Part shown: one piece after another, positions 20,890 through 30,043 of the stretch
Layout: every line of letters begins with the position of its first letter
Numbering within the stretch: position 1 is the first letter of the stretch
Source: Escherichia coli
Lineage (GTDB): Bacteria; Pseudomonadota; Gammaproteobacteria; Enterobacterales; Enterobacteriaceae
Direction: 5' to 3' (one strand)
DNA length: 64,000 nt
Assembly: GCF_965641715.1 (NCBI RefSeq)
Contig: NZ_OZ282455.1
Translations under genes and position numbers: made by a program
Notes under the pieces: generated by a model
The model's input: the letters and a program-made list of their open reading frames with translations, nothing else
Databases searched by the model: none
Told to the model about the DNA's origin: nothing

Positions 20890-22023
20890 ATGCATTTTTA
20901 TGTGGATGAAACCGGTCATACCGGTCCCAATCTTTTTGACCGTACCCAGCCTGTGCTTTCCTACGGTGTGCTTTCCTCACCGGATGACCTGGACAAGGTT
21001 GCCGAAGCCGATCTTGCTGCCTTGCGTAAGAAACTGGGAGTGCAGCGCCTGCACGCCGCAGAGCTTGGCATGCACCGCCTTGATGAGGTGGTTGATACGC
21101 TGCTTGTCCTGCAAAAGAAGCACCGGATACGGTTTGATGTCTGGCAGGTCGTTAAACGGGATCACGCCATTATTTCGTTCTTCGATCAGGTGTTCGATCA
21201 GGGGATGAATCCTGCAGTGCCCAGGGTTGCCTACTGGACCCCCTTTCGTTACCCGCTGCTACTGAATCTGGCAAGCCTGTTCGATAATGAGCTGGCTGAA
21301 AAAGCGTGGCGTGCCCGCCTCGAAGCCCATGATGGAAGGTCCTCATCTCTGTTCAGTGAGGTCTGCAGTGAGCTGCTTGCGCGCGCTCATACCCTGGGGG
21401 ACCGCCGTTACATTGAATTGATTACCGATGCGTTGTCCTGGGCGATGACCCACTTTGACGAACTGGGATATAACTGCAAAACCGGTAAACAAAAGCTGCA
21501 GATCATGCCCAATATGGTTGGATTTCAGTTCGTATTGCGCGGTATCTGTTCCCGCCTGGGAGCACCAAATCGCAAAGCCGACATCGTTGTGGACCAGCAG
21601 TCACAGTTCAACACCACCCAGCGGGAGCTGAGGGAGTTCTATTACCAGATACGTGAGATGCCGTGGGCACACGGTCCCGGTTTACCGGTCATGGATGTGA
21701 CGAACATGCCGGCTGAACCGCTGGTCTTCCAGTCGGGTACAAAAAGTGCAGGGCTGGAGCTGGTTGATATATATCTCTGGATCTTCAAACGCTTTATGGA
21801 AGGGAAGGAGTTAACCAGACCCCTTACCCGCCTGGTTTACACCAATCGCAATACCGGCAGGACGGACAGTGTCTCCCTTCAGTCGGTGGCTAAACGATCT
21901 AAGGAGTTTCTTGACAAACTGCAGGAGCCAACGGCAGAAATGATGAAAAAGGCGAGGGAATACCGGGATCAGGAAGAGGTAAGGCGGCTGGAACATCGGG
22001 TGCAAATCCTGCCGCCATCCTGA
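20890..22023 (+). CDS. DUF3800-like protein
   Basis: N-terminus MHFYVDETGHTG matches the Y(I/V)DE(S/T)G signature of DUF3800; RBS AAGGA upstream; six-frame ORF extends artificially to 20782. Confidence 0.45.
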   Translation: MHFYVDETGHTGPNLFDRTQPVLSYGVLSSPDDLDKVAEADLAALRKKLGVQRLHAAELGMHRLDEVVDTLLVLQKKHRIRFDVWQVVKRDHAIISFFDQVFDQGMNPAVPRVAYWTPFRYPLLLNLASLFDNELAEKAWRARLEAHDGRSSSLFSEVCSELLARAHTLGDRRYIELITDALSWAMTHFDELGYNCKTGKQKLQIMPNMVGFQFVLRGICSRLGAPNRKADIVVDQQSQFNTTQRELREFYYQIREMPWAHGPGLPVMDVTNMPAEPLVFQSGTKSAGLELVDIYLWIFKRFMEGKELTRPLTRLVYTNRNTGRTDSVSLQSVAKRSKEFLDKLQEPTAEMMKKAREYRDQEEVRRLEHRVQILPPS

Positions 22024-22181
22024 TCCGGCAGGTTGAGTACACACAAAAGTGGAAGCGGCCGCGACGGGATGATGCGTCTGTCCGGCATCTTCCGGAGGGC
22101 CAGAGCTCGAAATTCTGGCCGTACTTCACTTCTTCGTTGAAGCTCTATCTGTTCGCTGTGAGTCTCATATTTTTATTAAAA

Positions 22182-22922
22182 CTAAAGCAACTCATCAACA
22201 TAAGTCATGATGGAACGAACCAGATTTATGGCAAAACGGGCATCGGCTTCATTCAGCAAAGTTTCAGTAGGATGGGCCATACTGTAATTGTTGCGCAGGT
22301 TATTGATTCCATGAAGTATTGCGGCAGAAGACTTCAACATTTTAAACACATCTTCATTTCTTCCATCATCCGGCAGAGCCTTAAGATGTGCAGTTATCAG
22401 GGAAAGCAATCCTGGTACATTGTTATTTGTACTATTGGTCGCAATTCCATGGTTTGCGCACATTTGTCTTAATGAAGCATGAAGAGCAGTATGGACACGA
22501 TCATAAGCCCGGTGTGGGCCATTTTTCTGAAGCAACACTTCCGCATCTTCTAAGGCCTGGTAAATATTTTCATTCACATTTTTCACTGGCGCTGCAGAAA
22601 CGTTTCTTTGTCCATTCTGATTAACAATGTCCTTTATTTCATTGAATAAATCATTATCGGTATTGCTGATATAGCGTTGAACATTATCCAGCGCCCAGAT
22701 TTTAGAAAGGTTATCAGCATCCCTGGCCAGGGTAGTTTCTATGGCAGCGATGGCCACCCCTTTCAGTTGATCGTTACCCCATTCAACATGCCTGTAGAAT
22801 TGATTCAGCCCCGCAGGAACGTCTTCACAATCGGTAACAGCAAAAAGCTCCCTCCAGTCACCGCTGTTAAATTTTAATGCCAGAACTTTGGCCAATTTTA
22901 TTTGAGAAACTTTATCCAACAT
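22182..22922 (-). CDS. HEPN / Abi_C-like protein (AbiJ-like candidate)
   Basis: C-terminal ...ILHGINNLRNNYSMAHP... fits HEPN R-x(4-6)-H motif in Abi_C-like context; last gene of a 4-gene operon. Confidence 0.45.
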   Translation of the reverse strand: MLDKVSQIKLAKVLALKFNSGDWRELFAVTDCEDVPAGLNQFYRHVEWGNDQLKGVAIAAIETTLARDADNLSKIWALDNVQRYISNTDNDLFNEIKDIVNQNGQRNVSAAPVKNVNENIYQALEDAEVLLQKNGPHRAYDRVHTALHASLRQMCANHGIATNSTNNNVPGLLSLITAHLKALPDDGRNEDVFKMLKSSAAILHGINNLRNNYSMAHPTETLLNEADARFAINLVRSIMTYVDELL

Positions 22923-22957
22923 ACTGGTCCCTAATAGTTTGTACTTCTCAGTTGAGA

Positions 22958-23746
22958 TTACCGGAACGGAGTCTCAGTAAATGAAATCCGTGTACTGGTA
23001 TACCCCCTGCTCTGCAACAGGAATGAAATCCCGTCCATCATCATTGCTCTGTTACTGCGGGGACCAATTCTGATGTTTGTCAGTGGCAGCTTGTCTTTTG
23101 CTTTAATGATCAGATATGGCACCAGACCGTTATCATTGACACGAAAATTGACACCCTCATAAGGGCTGTCCGGGAGGATTACCATCCGGAACTCCTGCTC
23201 CTCTTTGAAACCGTCATTCTTGAAAAAAGGCGGCAGGCTGTGTGCCAGTCTGGTTGCCTGAATCATCTCATGCATTACATCTGCATTTATTGCCGCCTGA
23301 ACCTGTGGCTGACGAAAGAAGGCGAGGATTTCGTTCCGGGCTTCAACCGTGGAATCCTCTTTGGTATAGAGTACCCGGTTTTTAAACACCTGATATTGAG
23401 TTAATTCCAGGGAGGCAAGCAGCTCTTCATCATCAAATTCCAGGCACACGCCCTGAGAGCTGCCATAACCCCGCCACTGGCTTAACAGGTCGGGTTCGAG
23501 ACAGAACGACACGTTATAGACATGAGCAGCCCGGTGCATTCTGAAGTGCGTCAGTGCCTGTTCGATGAACTTCAGGGTTTTCGGGTTAAAGTCGTCCCTC
23601 AGGTACTGCAGGGCATTCTCAAGGCAGTTCATTCCGTGAGTCAGCTCATTGCTGTCATTGAGGAAGGAAAAGTGCGTCGCCCACAGTGAGCCTGATTCGA
23701 TGATGCCCTTCAGTCCGTTCAGGTCAGTGTAATGATAAATCTTCAT
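22958..23746 (-). CDS. DUF2971-like protein
   Basis: N-terminus MKIYHYTDLNGLKGIIESGSLWATHFSFLNDSNE matches DUF2971 signature (HYT ... LW ... LND..E); ATG overlaps upstream stop (ATGA). Confidence 0.5.
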   Translation of the reverse strand: MKIYHYTDLNGLKGIIESGSLWATHFSFLNDSNELTHGMNCLENALQYLRDDFNPKTLKFIEQALTHFRMHRAAHVYNVSFCLEPDLLSQWRGYGSSQGVCLEFDDEELLASLELTQYQVFKNRVLYTKEDSTVEARNEILAFFRQPQVQAAINADVMHEMIQATRLAHSLPPFFKNDGFKEEQEFRMVILPDSPYEGVNFRVNDNGLVPYLIIKAKDKLPLTNIRIGPRSNRAMMMDGISFLLQSRGYTSTRISFTETPFR

Positions 23747-24363
23747 CTGGCAGCCTCCTGACTGTCCGGGCCCTGTTCGCACTCAGTTTTCTGCATGTCA
23801 GACAGAAACGGGAACGCCTTAAAAGCGGCTTCCCTTGCTTCTTCTATGGACTGTTCCCAGGCCTGCCAATCCGGATCTGCCGCCAGCGTTTCCTCCGCGG
23901 TATCGCGTAACCAGGCATACAGCGTATCGCCACCATCGAGATCAACCTGGCGGGTTTTTACAGGGCCTTCATGCTTCATGATATTGCGTAACAGCTTACC
24001 AAGCTGCCCGTCAGACTCGACAGGTTCGGCAGGAATGTAGTCCGGATATTCGTCGAACTGGTCCAGCGTCAGATCGGTGTACTCCCCGTCCAGCAATACG
24101 ATGACATGCGCGTGAACCGTTGAGTTTTCCGCTTCATGAAAGTCTGCGTTCCCCTGCATAAAAATGATGCAGGGATGGCATCCCTCAGTATCCATCAAAT
24201 ACTGCGCCAGTGTGTTGCTGGCCAGGTCGCAGCTGCCGTGCGGGAAATTCCTGTGTTCCGTTTCCCAGCGAGGAAACCGACGGCACTCGTCAGCCCGCTC
24301 ACCGGCGGCAAGCTCCAGCGCCCGTCGAAAGGCTTTTATACGTAATAGTCTTTCCGGTCTCAT
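23743..24363 (-). CDS. hypothetical protein (acidic C-terminus)
   Basis: 206 aa; start overlaps kfrA-like stop (ATGA) and stop overlaps DUF2971-like start. Confidence 0.4.
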   Translation of the reverse strand: MRPERLLRIKAFRRALELAAGERADECRRFPRWETEHRNFPHGSCDLASNTLAQYLMDTEGCHPCIIFMQGNADFHEAENSTVHAHVIVLLDGEYTDLTLDQFDEYPDYIPAEPVESDGQLGKLLRNIMKHEGPVKTRQVDLDGGDTLYAWLRDTAEETLAADPDWQAWEQSIEEAREAAFKAFPFLSDMQKTECEQGPDSQEAAR

Positions 24364-24971
24364 TTCTTCACCTTCCCGTCCTGGCGGGCCAGGGCCAGCA
24401 GTTCTGCCTGAAGCTGACGGCCGTCCTCCCGGGACTCCTTCAGCTCCGCCTTCGTGTCCTGCAGCTGTGCCGCCAGGTGTTCGCCGGTGGCGGTCAGGCG
24501 GGCCACCTGCTCGCGCAGCGGCAGCGCCTCCGCGCGCAGATCGCGCACCTCCTGCAGCAGGCGGTCACGCTCGGCCACCACCTCGCGCAGCACCGCCAGC
24601 TCGCTTTCCAGGGTGGCCACGCTCGCCAGCGCCTCATCCCGTTCCTGGTCGGCCTGTTCAATGTCCGCGTCGGCCTGCTCGCGCGCCGCCAGGGTCCCGG
24701 CTTCAGCCTGCCTGACGGCCGCCTGCCACAGCAGCCCCAGCTGGCCGGTCAGGAGCTCTGCCAGCTCCGGCGGCAGGGGCGTGGTCTGCTCAGAGGCCTG
24801 CTCGCGCCGTCGGGCGCGGAACGCGCGCATTACCGGGGAGATATGCGACAGGGAGCCGCCGCCGAGGTGCTGGCGCACCTGCTCGTTGGTCGGGTTCAGG
24901 GTGCCGGCGGCGATCAGGGCGGCAGCGGCGTCTTCAATGCGGCGGACGGTGTCCGGGGAGAGGGTGGTCAT
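24360..24971 (-). CDS. KfrA-like coiled-coil DNA-binding protein
   Basis: N-terminal ...TVRRIEDAAAALIAAGTLNPTNEQVRQHLGGGSLSHISPVMRAF... resembles KfrA N-domain, followed by long Ala/Glu/Leu-rich coiled coil. Confidence 0.5.
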   Translation of the reverse strand: MTTLSPDTVRRIEDAAAALIAAGTLNPTNEQVRQHLGGGSLSHISPVMRAFRARRREQASEQTTPLPPELAELLTGQLGLLWQAAVRQAEAGTLAAREQADADIEQADQERDEALASVATLESELAVLREVVAERDRLLQEVRDLRAEALPLREQVARLTATGEHLAAQLQDTKAELKESREDGRQLQAELLALARQDGKVKK

Positions 24972-24974
24972 GGT

Positions 24975-25110
24975 CTGGCTCCGTTTTTACAGGGAATGAC
25001 GTCATCGTACGCCCGGTGTAAAAAATACACAATACACAAAATACAGTTAATACATACAATACAATAAATACATATCGTACATACAATACAGTATGTACAT
25101 ACACGCCTTC
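24975..25110. promoter_or_regulatory. promoter region with reiterated ATACA/TACAA motifs upstream of kfrA-like operon
   Basis: ...aatacacaatacacaaaatacagttaatacatacaatacaataaatacatatcgtacatacaatacagtatgtacatacac... Confidence 0.35.
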
Positions 25111-25512
25111 CCTTTTCCCGTTCAGATCCGAAAACTCCAGGTTCCGGATCCGCGGATCCTTCGCTGCCGCCCGCTGGTCCGCTTTCACAGGATGTGGTGT
25201 CCCGCTCCGCTGACATGACACTGTATGTTGTGTTTCTTCCCGTGTTCCCGAGCCAGTCATCAGCGGCAGAAAAGATCGCTTCGCTTATTCACTGATCCTG
25301 ATTCACTTCCGGAAAGTTGTAAATACGCAGTAAATCGGATCATCTGAAAACCACTGTTCGATAATTTAATGGAGTGGTTATATGCCTGATTATTATTTCA
25401 ATATGTGAAATTCATTTTTGTGAAAGTCACTTTCTCAACAGAGTAGCACTCATCTGGCGATGATTGAGGTGTGGTAAAATTGCACGGCTAACTATTCAAC
25501 TGAGGAAATGAC

Positions 25513-25863
25513 ATGTTTACTGCATTCAATGAGAGAAATGATTTCAGTTATGCTTTTGAAAAAATTCGCAATGCGATTTCCGCGCCAGGAGAAAATAATG
25601 TTTATGCTGCCACAGAATTAGGTCTTGGCATTCTGCTCCGTAAATACGAGCAGTTTCGCCGGGAGCTGGATGTGGCCGGTGAGCTGGGAAACTGGGAATA
25701 CGATCTCGATACCTACAATCACTGTATTGCGGTGCTGCAACGTTACTTCACTGGCAATCCATCCGGACTGACAGAACGTGACGCCCGGATTTACAGTCAG
25801 TACCTGCAGACTGAGCACAAAGGGTTTGTGAAGCTGGCTGAAGAACTGGCGGCTGACCGCTGA
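25513..25863 (+). CDS. hypothetical protein
   Basis: 116-aa ORF; forms pair with downstream 202-aa ORF. Confidence 0.35.
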   Translation: MFTAFNERNDFSYAFEKIRNAISAPGENNVYAATELGLGILLRKYEQFRRELDVAGELGNWEYDLDTYNHCIAVLQRYFTGNPSGLTERDARIYSQYLQTEHKGFVKLAEELAADR

Positions 25864-25932
25864 ATACATACAGTAGGCGGGATTTCCGGATAAGGTACCG
25901 AACCGGGGCTGTTAAAAGATTCTGGAGTTGAA

Positions 25933-26541
25933 ATGAAAAAGGGAAAAACGTTAGAACCGGGGCTGCTGGCCAGCGACAGCGACTGGCACAATAATGCCTG
26001 CCTGAATTACATGCCGGATCATGGTACAGCTTACACCGAAGGTTACAGGCGAGCTGCTGATATTCTGATTAACCACATTGATGAATCCGGGCGGGACCAG
26101 GATTTTCTGGTTTATCCGGTGTTGTTTCTCTACCGACATCACTTGGAGCTCCTTATCAAACAAATTATCGGACTGGCCCTTGCACTGGCAGAAGACCCGG
26201 ATAAACACCAGTACAAAAAAGATGACCATAACCTGAATAATCTATGGCCGCTGGCACAAAAGCTGATCCTGGAAGTTGATGACAGCTACCGGCCTTCCGA
26301 TTTTAAAATCGTCAAAGAGGTGGTTAAAGCTCTTCACCAAGCGGATGAACGGGCGACAGATTTCCGATATGCCAGGAGAAATGACGGCACCCGGAGCCTT
26401 GAAGGAATTCATTACGTCAACACCCGCCGCTTTGGGGAAAAAATGGGAGAGGCTTCCGATTTACTTGACGGGGTCGACAATGGCCTCCGGTACCTGCTGG
26501 ACTGTAAAGCCGAATGGAATCAAATTCTGGACAGCTTCTGA
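25933..26541 (+). CDS. hypothetical protein
   Basis: 202-aa ORF; no domain recognised. Confidence 0.35.
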   Translation: MKKGKTLEPGLLASDSDWHNNACLNYMPDHGTAYTEGYRRAADILINHIDESGRDQDFLVYPVLFLYRHHLELLIKQIIGLALALAEDPDKHQYKKDDHNLNNLWPLAQKLILEVDDSYRPSDFKIVKEVVKALHQADERATDFRYARRNDGTRSLEGIHYVNTRRFGEKMGEASDLLDGVDNGLRYLLDCKAEWNQILDSF

Positions 26542-26608
26542 CAGCCAGAAACGGCGCGAAAAATCCATCAGACTTACCTGAACAACTAATGATACTGAGA
26601 TACCGATC

Positions 26609-27391
26609 ATGACTGGCCTCATACCTTCAGCTACTTCTCAGGGCCCAATGGCCGCCCTGCCAGTGACCATCGACTATCCCGCAGCACTGGCCTTGCGGCA
26701 GATGGCGCTCGTTCAGGACGAACTACCGAAATACCTGCTGGCGCCGGAAGTGAGCGCCCTGCTCCACTATGTGCCCGATCTGCACCGTAAGATGCTGCTG
26801 GCCACCCTCTGGAATACGGGCGCCCGCATTAACGAGGCGCTGGCGCTTACTCGAGGGGATTTTTCGCTGGCACCGCCATATCCGTTCGTACAGCTGGCCA
26901 CGCTGAAGCAACGTGCCGAGAAGGCTGCCAGAACAGCAGGACGTCTGCCCGCCGGCAGTCAGGCCCATCGTCTGGTTCCGCTATCAGACAGCCAGTACGT
27001 GAACCAGTTGGAAATGATGGTGGCCACGCTGAAGATTCCGCTCGAGCGACGTAATAAGCGTACCGGCAGAACCGAAAAGGCGCGTATCTGGGAGGTCACT
27101 GACCGGACGGTACGGACCTGGCTGAATGAAGCAGTGGAGAATGCGGCCGCTGACGGGGTGTCATTCTCTGTGCCGGTTACCCCACATACTTTCCGCCATT
27201 CCTACGCGATGCATATGCTGTATGCTGGTATTCCGCTGAAGGTGCTGCAGAGCCTGATGGGGCACAAGTCGATTAGTTCGACAGAGGTGTACACGAAGGT
27301 GTTTGCGCTCGATGTGGCAGCAAGGCACAGGGTGCAGTTTTCGATGCCTGAGTCCGATGCTGTCACAATGCTGAAAAACAGACACGCATAA
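26609..27391 (+). CDS. tyrosine site-specific recombinase (ResD/XerD-like multimer resolvase)
   Basis: C-terminal catalytic region ...HTFRHSYAMHMLYAGIPLKVLQSLMGHKSISSTEVYT... with conserved R, H-x-x-R and Y. Confidence 0.75.
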   Translation: MTGLIPSATSQGPMAALPVTIDYPAALALRQMALVQDELPKYLLAPEVSALLHYVPDLHRKMLLATLWNTGARINEALALTRGDFSLAPPYPFVQLATLKQRAEKAARTAGRLPAGSQAHRLVPLSDSQYVNQLEMMVATLKIPLERRNKRTGRTEKARIWEVTDRTVRTWLNEAVENAAADGVSFSVPVTPHTFRHSYAMHMLYAGIPLKVLQSLMGHKSISSTEVYTKVFALDVAARHRVQFSMPESDAVTMLKNRHA

Positions 27392-27528
27392 GTCACAAAT
27401 CATAATTATGAATTGTGATTTATTCTATAAAAGAAGAGACCACTGCAATATGTGATCTCTTGTATGCAAGGGTGCTTAAACAGTGTGAATTCACAAGTGT
27501 GATTTCATAAGTAATAACTTCTTGATTA

Positions 27529-27804
27529 TTACGTTAGTGTTTTTAAGTATTGCTCAAGGGCTACTCTGACGATGGCACTTACATTTTTTGGATCTTTACC
27601 ATTGCGTTTATTCCTCAATGCCAGATCTTCTATTGTGACAAGCATGCTTTCACCAAGAGAGATTGTCGTCCGACATTGTTTTTCTGGTTCGGGTTTTTCC
27701 GGCGCGCCGTATGGTTTATCCGCAAGGCGCTGAGCCAGAGCCTCTGCTTGTTCTACCGTAACTGCAGCTCTGTTTAATGCTTGCTGGCTGGGTTTCTTCA
27801 CCAT
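27529..27804 (-). CDS. ParG-like small partition/centromere-binding protein (RHH candidate)
   Basis: 91 aa, overlaps 3' end of ParA-family ATPase gene; C-terminal ...VSAIVRVALEQYLKTL. Confidence 0.45.
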   Translation of the reverse strand: MVKKPSQQALNRAAVTVEQAEALAQRLADKPYGAPEKPEPEKQCRTTISLGESMLVTIEDLALRNKRNGKDPKNVSAIVRVALEQYLKTLT

Positions 27805-28442
27805 GGGCCAAATACCTCATTCATTAAATGTTCAATTTCTGCTCTGGCTGCTGTATTGTTCGTTTCTACTACACCGGTGCCGTTGCTCATGCAATCGCGA
27901 TAGACTTTTCTGAAACAAATAACTGAATCCAGGACTTGAATTGTTGGGAATTCTTCAAGATATTCAAGGAATTCTTTTCTCTCATTTCCCCTCAAAACCG
28001 GATTGGTTGTTGCCATACTTTGTAAACAATAAACCTTAAGTTCCGGGTTAAGGTTACGCATTGCGTCTATCTGTTGTTCTAGTTCTGTAAGAGTATCCAG
28101 ATCTGGTTGAGAACACTGTAGTGGCGCAATTATTTGATGTGCGACAACTCCACTCGTTATGAATTCCTTTGAGTTTCTTCCTGCGACATCCACTATTACA
28201 TCATCGAACTTTTCATTCAGAGCCTGTAGTGTTTGTGTCAGGTTATCAAATTTCTCAACAAGGGTTATTGCTGGTAACAGTCCTGCAGCTTCTCGTTCCG
28301 CATGATGTTTTGCGGCTGTTCGTTGTAGATCTCCGTTTAACAGGCAGACTTCCCTTCCTTTATTTGCGAGAGCAATAGCCAGGTTTGATGCAATGGTAGT
28401 TTTCCCTGAACCACCTTTGTTCCCACCAACTACAGTAATCAT
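27798..28442 (-). CDS. ParA/ParF-family partition ATPase (small type Ib)
   Basis: Deviant Walker A MITVVGGNKGGSGKTT; ~214 aa from internal Met. Confidence 0.75.
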   Translation of the reverse strand: MITVVGGNKGGSGKTTIASNLAIALANKGREVCLLNGDLQRTAAKHHAEREAAGLLPAITLVEKFDNLTQTLQALNEKFDDVIVDVAGRNSKEFITSGVVAHQIIAPLQCSQPDLDTLTELEQQIDAMRNLNPELKVYCLQSMATTNPVLRGNERKEFLEYLEEFPTIQVLDSVICFRKVYRDCMSNGTGVVETNNTAARAEIEHLMNEVFGPW

Positions 28443-28670
28443 TGCAACCTCATAAATGTGATGTGTGAAGTATGATGATATTTTGACACGGTAACCTGAT
28501 GTGTCAACATGCATTCATATTTATGAAGTATGAAATATGAAGTGTGTCATGTGATGTAATAAATATTACTTGTGTTTTGTGATTTCATAACTATGATAGT
28601 GCTCAAATTGAGTATTACCTTGCAACCAGAAACAGTGATTTACTCAGATTGAGTATTTAAGGGGCTATAG
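28443..28670. promoter_or_regulatory. divergent par promoter / candidate centromere repeats
   Basis: AT-rich, reiterated TGTGAT and ATGAAGT motifs; GTGATTTCATAA occurs here (28589-28600) and at 27508-27519. Confidence 0.4.
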
Positions 28671-29642
28671 ATGAACGTATACTGCGATGATGGTTCAACA
28701 ACAATCAAGTTGGCATGGAATGACAATGGGAAAATCTGTAAGTCGTTGTCGCAAAACTCATTTCGTCATGGATGGAAGGTTGACGGGTTAGGGATTCGCC
28801 AGACATTTAACTATGAACTGGATGGTAAAAAATACACGTATGATGAAGTTAGCAACCAATCTATTCTTACGACTCATATTGAGTATCAATATACGGATGT
28901 TAACCTGTTAGCTGTGCATCACGCTTTACTGAATAGTGGATTAGCGCCTCAGCCTGTATCATTGACTGTGACTTTGCCTATCAGTGAGTTCTACACGAAA
29001 GAGTGTCAAAAAAATGAACTCAACATTCAGCGTAAAATTGAGAATTTAATGAGGCCGATTCGTCTTAATAAAGGCGATGTTTTCACCATTGAACACGTTG
29101 ATGTGATGCCTGAATCATTGCCAGCTGTGTTTTCTCGTCTGGTCATGGATAAAGTTGGTCAGTTCGAAAAATCGCTGGTAGTTGATATTGGCGGCACTAC
29201 GCTTGATGTTGGTGTTATCGTTGGTCAATTTGACTCTGTAAGTGCCATTCATGGTAATTCTGGCATTGGTGTGTCTTCAGTTACGAAAGCTGCAATGAGT
29301 GCATTGCGCATGGCATCCAGTGATACCAGTTTCCTCGTTGCAGATGAATTGATTAAACGTCGTAATGACCCGGACTTTGTTCGGCAGGTTATAAATGACG
29401 AAACAAAAACTGATCTGGTCCTTAATACCATTGAGGGGGCTATTGCCAGTCTGGGGGAGCAAGTAGTCAATGAGCTCGGTGATTTTCATCATGTGAATCG
29501 TGTTTATGTTGTCGGTGGTGGGGCCCCGTTGATCTATGATTCGATAAAAACGGCATGGCACCATCTTGGGCAAAAAGTAGTGATGATGGAGTCGCCACAG
29601 ACAGCACTGGTTGAAGCTATCGCGGCTTTCAAAGAGGAGTAA
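28671..29642 (+). CDS. parM: actin-like partition ATPase ParM/StbA
   Basis: MNVYCDDGSTTIKLAWNDNG...VDIGGTTLDVGV...VVGGGAPLIY aligns with R1 ParM (MLVFIDDGSTNIKL... IDLGGTTLDI ... VIGGGAELI). Confidence 0.85.
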   Translation: MNVYCDDGSTTIKLAWNDNGKICKSLSQNSFRHGWKVDGLGIRQTFNYELDGKKYTYDEVSNQSILTTHIEYQYTDVNLLAVHHALLNSGLAPQPVSLTVTLPISEFYTKECQKNELNIQRKIENLMRPIRLNKGDVFTIEHVDVMPESLPAVFSRLVMDKVGQFEKSLVVDIGGTTLDVGVIVGQFDSVSAIHGNSGIGVSSVTKAAMSALRMASSDTSFLVADELIKRRNDPDFVRQVINDETKTDLVLNTIEGAIASLGEQVVNELGDFHHVNRVYVVGGGAPLIYDSIKTAWHHLGQKVVMMESPQTALVEAIAAFKEE

Positions 29643-29646
29643 TATT

Positions 29647-30039
29647 GTGGACGATGAACGGAAAAGGAAAAAATTCACACTTTATCTGCATCCGGAAAAA
29701 GCTGCAGACTCTCAAACTTTGGAAGCGATAGAGTCCGTTCCGCGTTCTGAGCGTGGTGAGCTGTTCCGGAATGCATTTATTTCTGGAATGGCGTTACACC
29801 AACTTGATCCTCGCCTGCCTGTATTGCTGACTGCCATTTTGAGCGAGGAGTTTTCAGCAGATCAGGTTGTAACCTTACTCAGTCAGACGACAGGATGGAA
29901 GCCTTCTCAGGCCGATATCAGAGCTGTGTTGACTGAACTCGGTGCTTTGCAATCTGCTGAAAAAATGCCTCCTTCTGCTACTGATTCGGTGCAGGAGGCA
30001 ATGAATGATGTGCGCCTTAAAATGCAAAAATTATTCTGA
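29647..30039 (+). CDS. parR: ParR/StbB adaptor protein
   Basis: GTG start after RBS GAGGAG; ...SVPRSERGELFRNAFISGMALHQLDPRLPVL... resembles R1 ParR. Confidence 0.7.
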   Translation: MDDERKRKKFTLYLHPEKAADSQTLEAIESVPRSERGELFRNAFISGMALHQLDPRLPVLLTAILSEEFSADQVVTLLSQTTGWKPSQADIRAVLTELGALQSAEKMPPSATDSVQEAMNDVRLKMQKLF

Positions 30040-30043
30040 TATA

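Noticed and set aside
24164-25067. Plus-strand ORFs (24164-24715, 24210-25067, 24454-24999) overlapping the KfrA-like gene
   Set aside because: Low-complexity Ala/Arg/Pro-rich translations antisense to a coiled-coil gene; the minus-strand gene has overlap-coupled neighbours.
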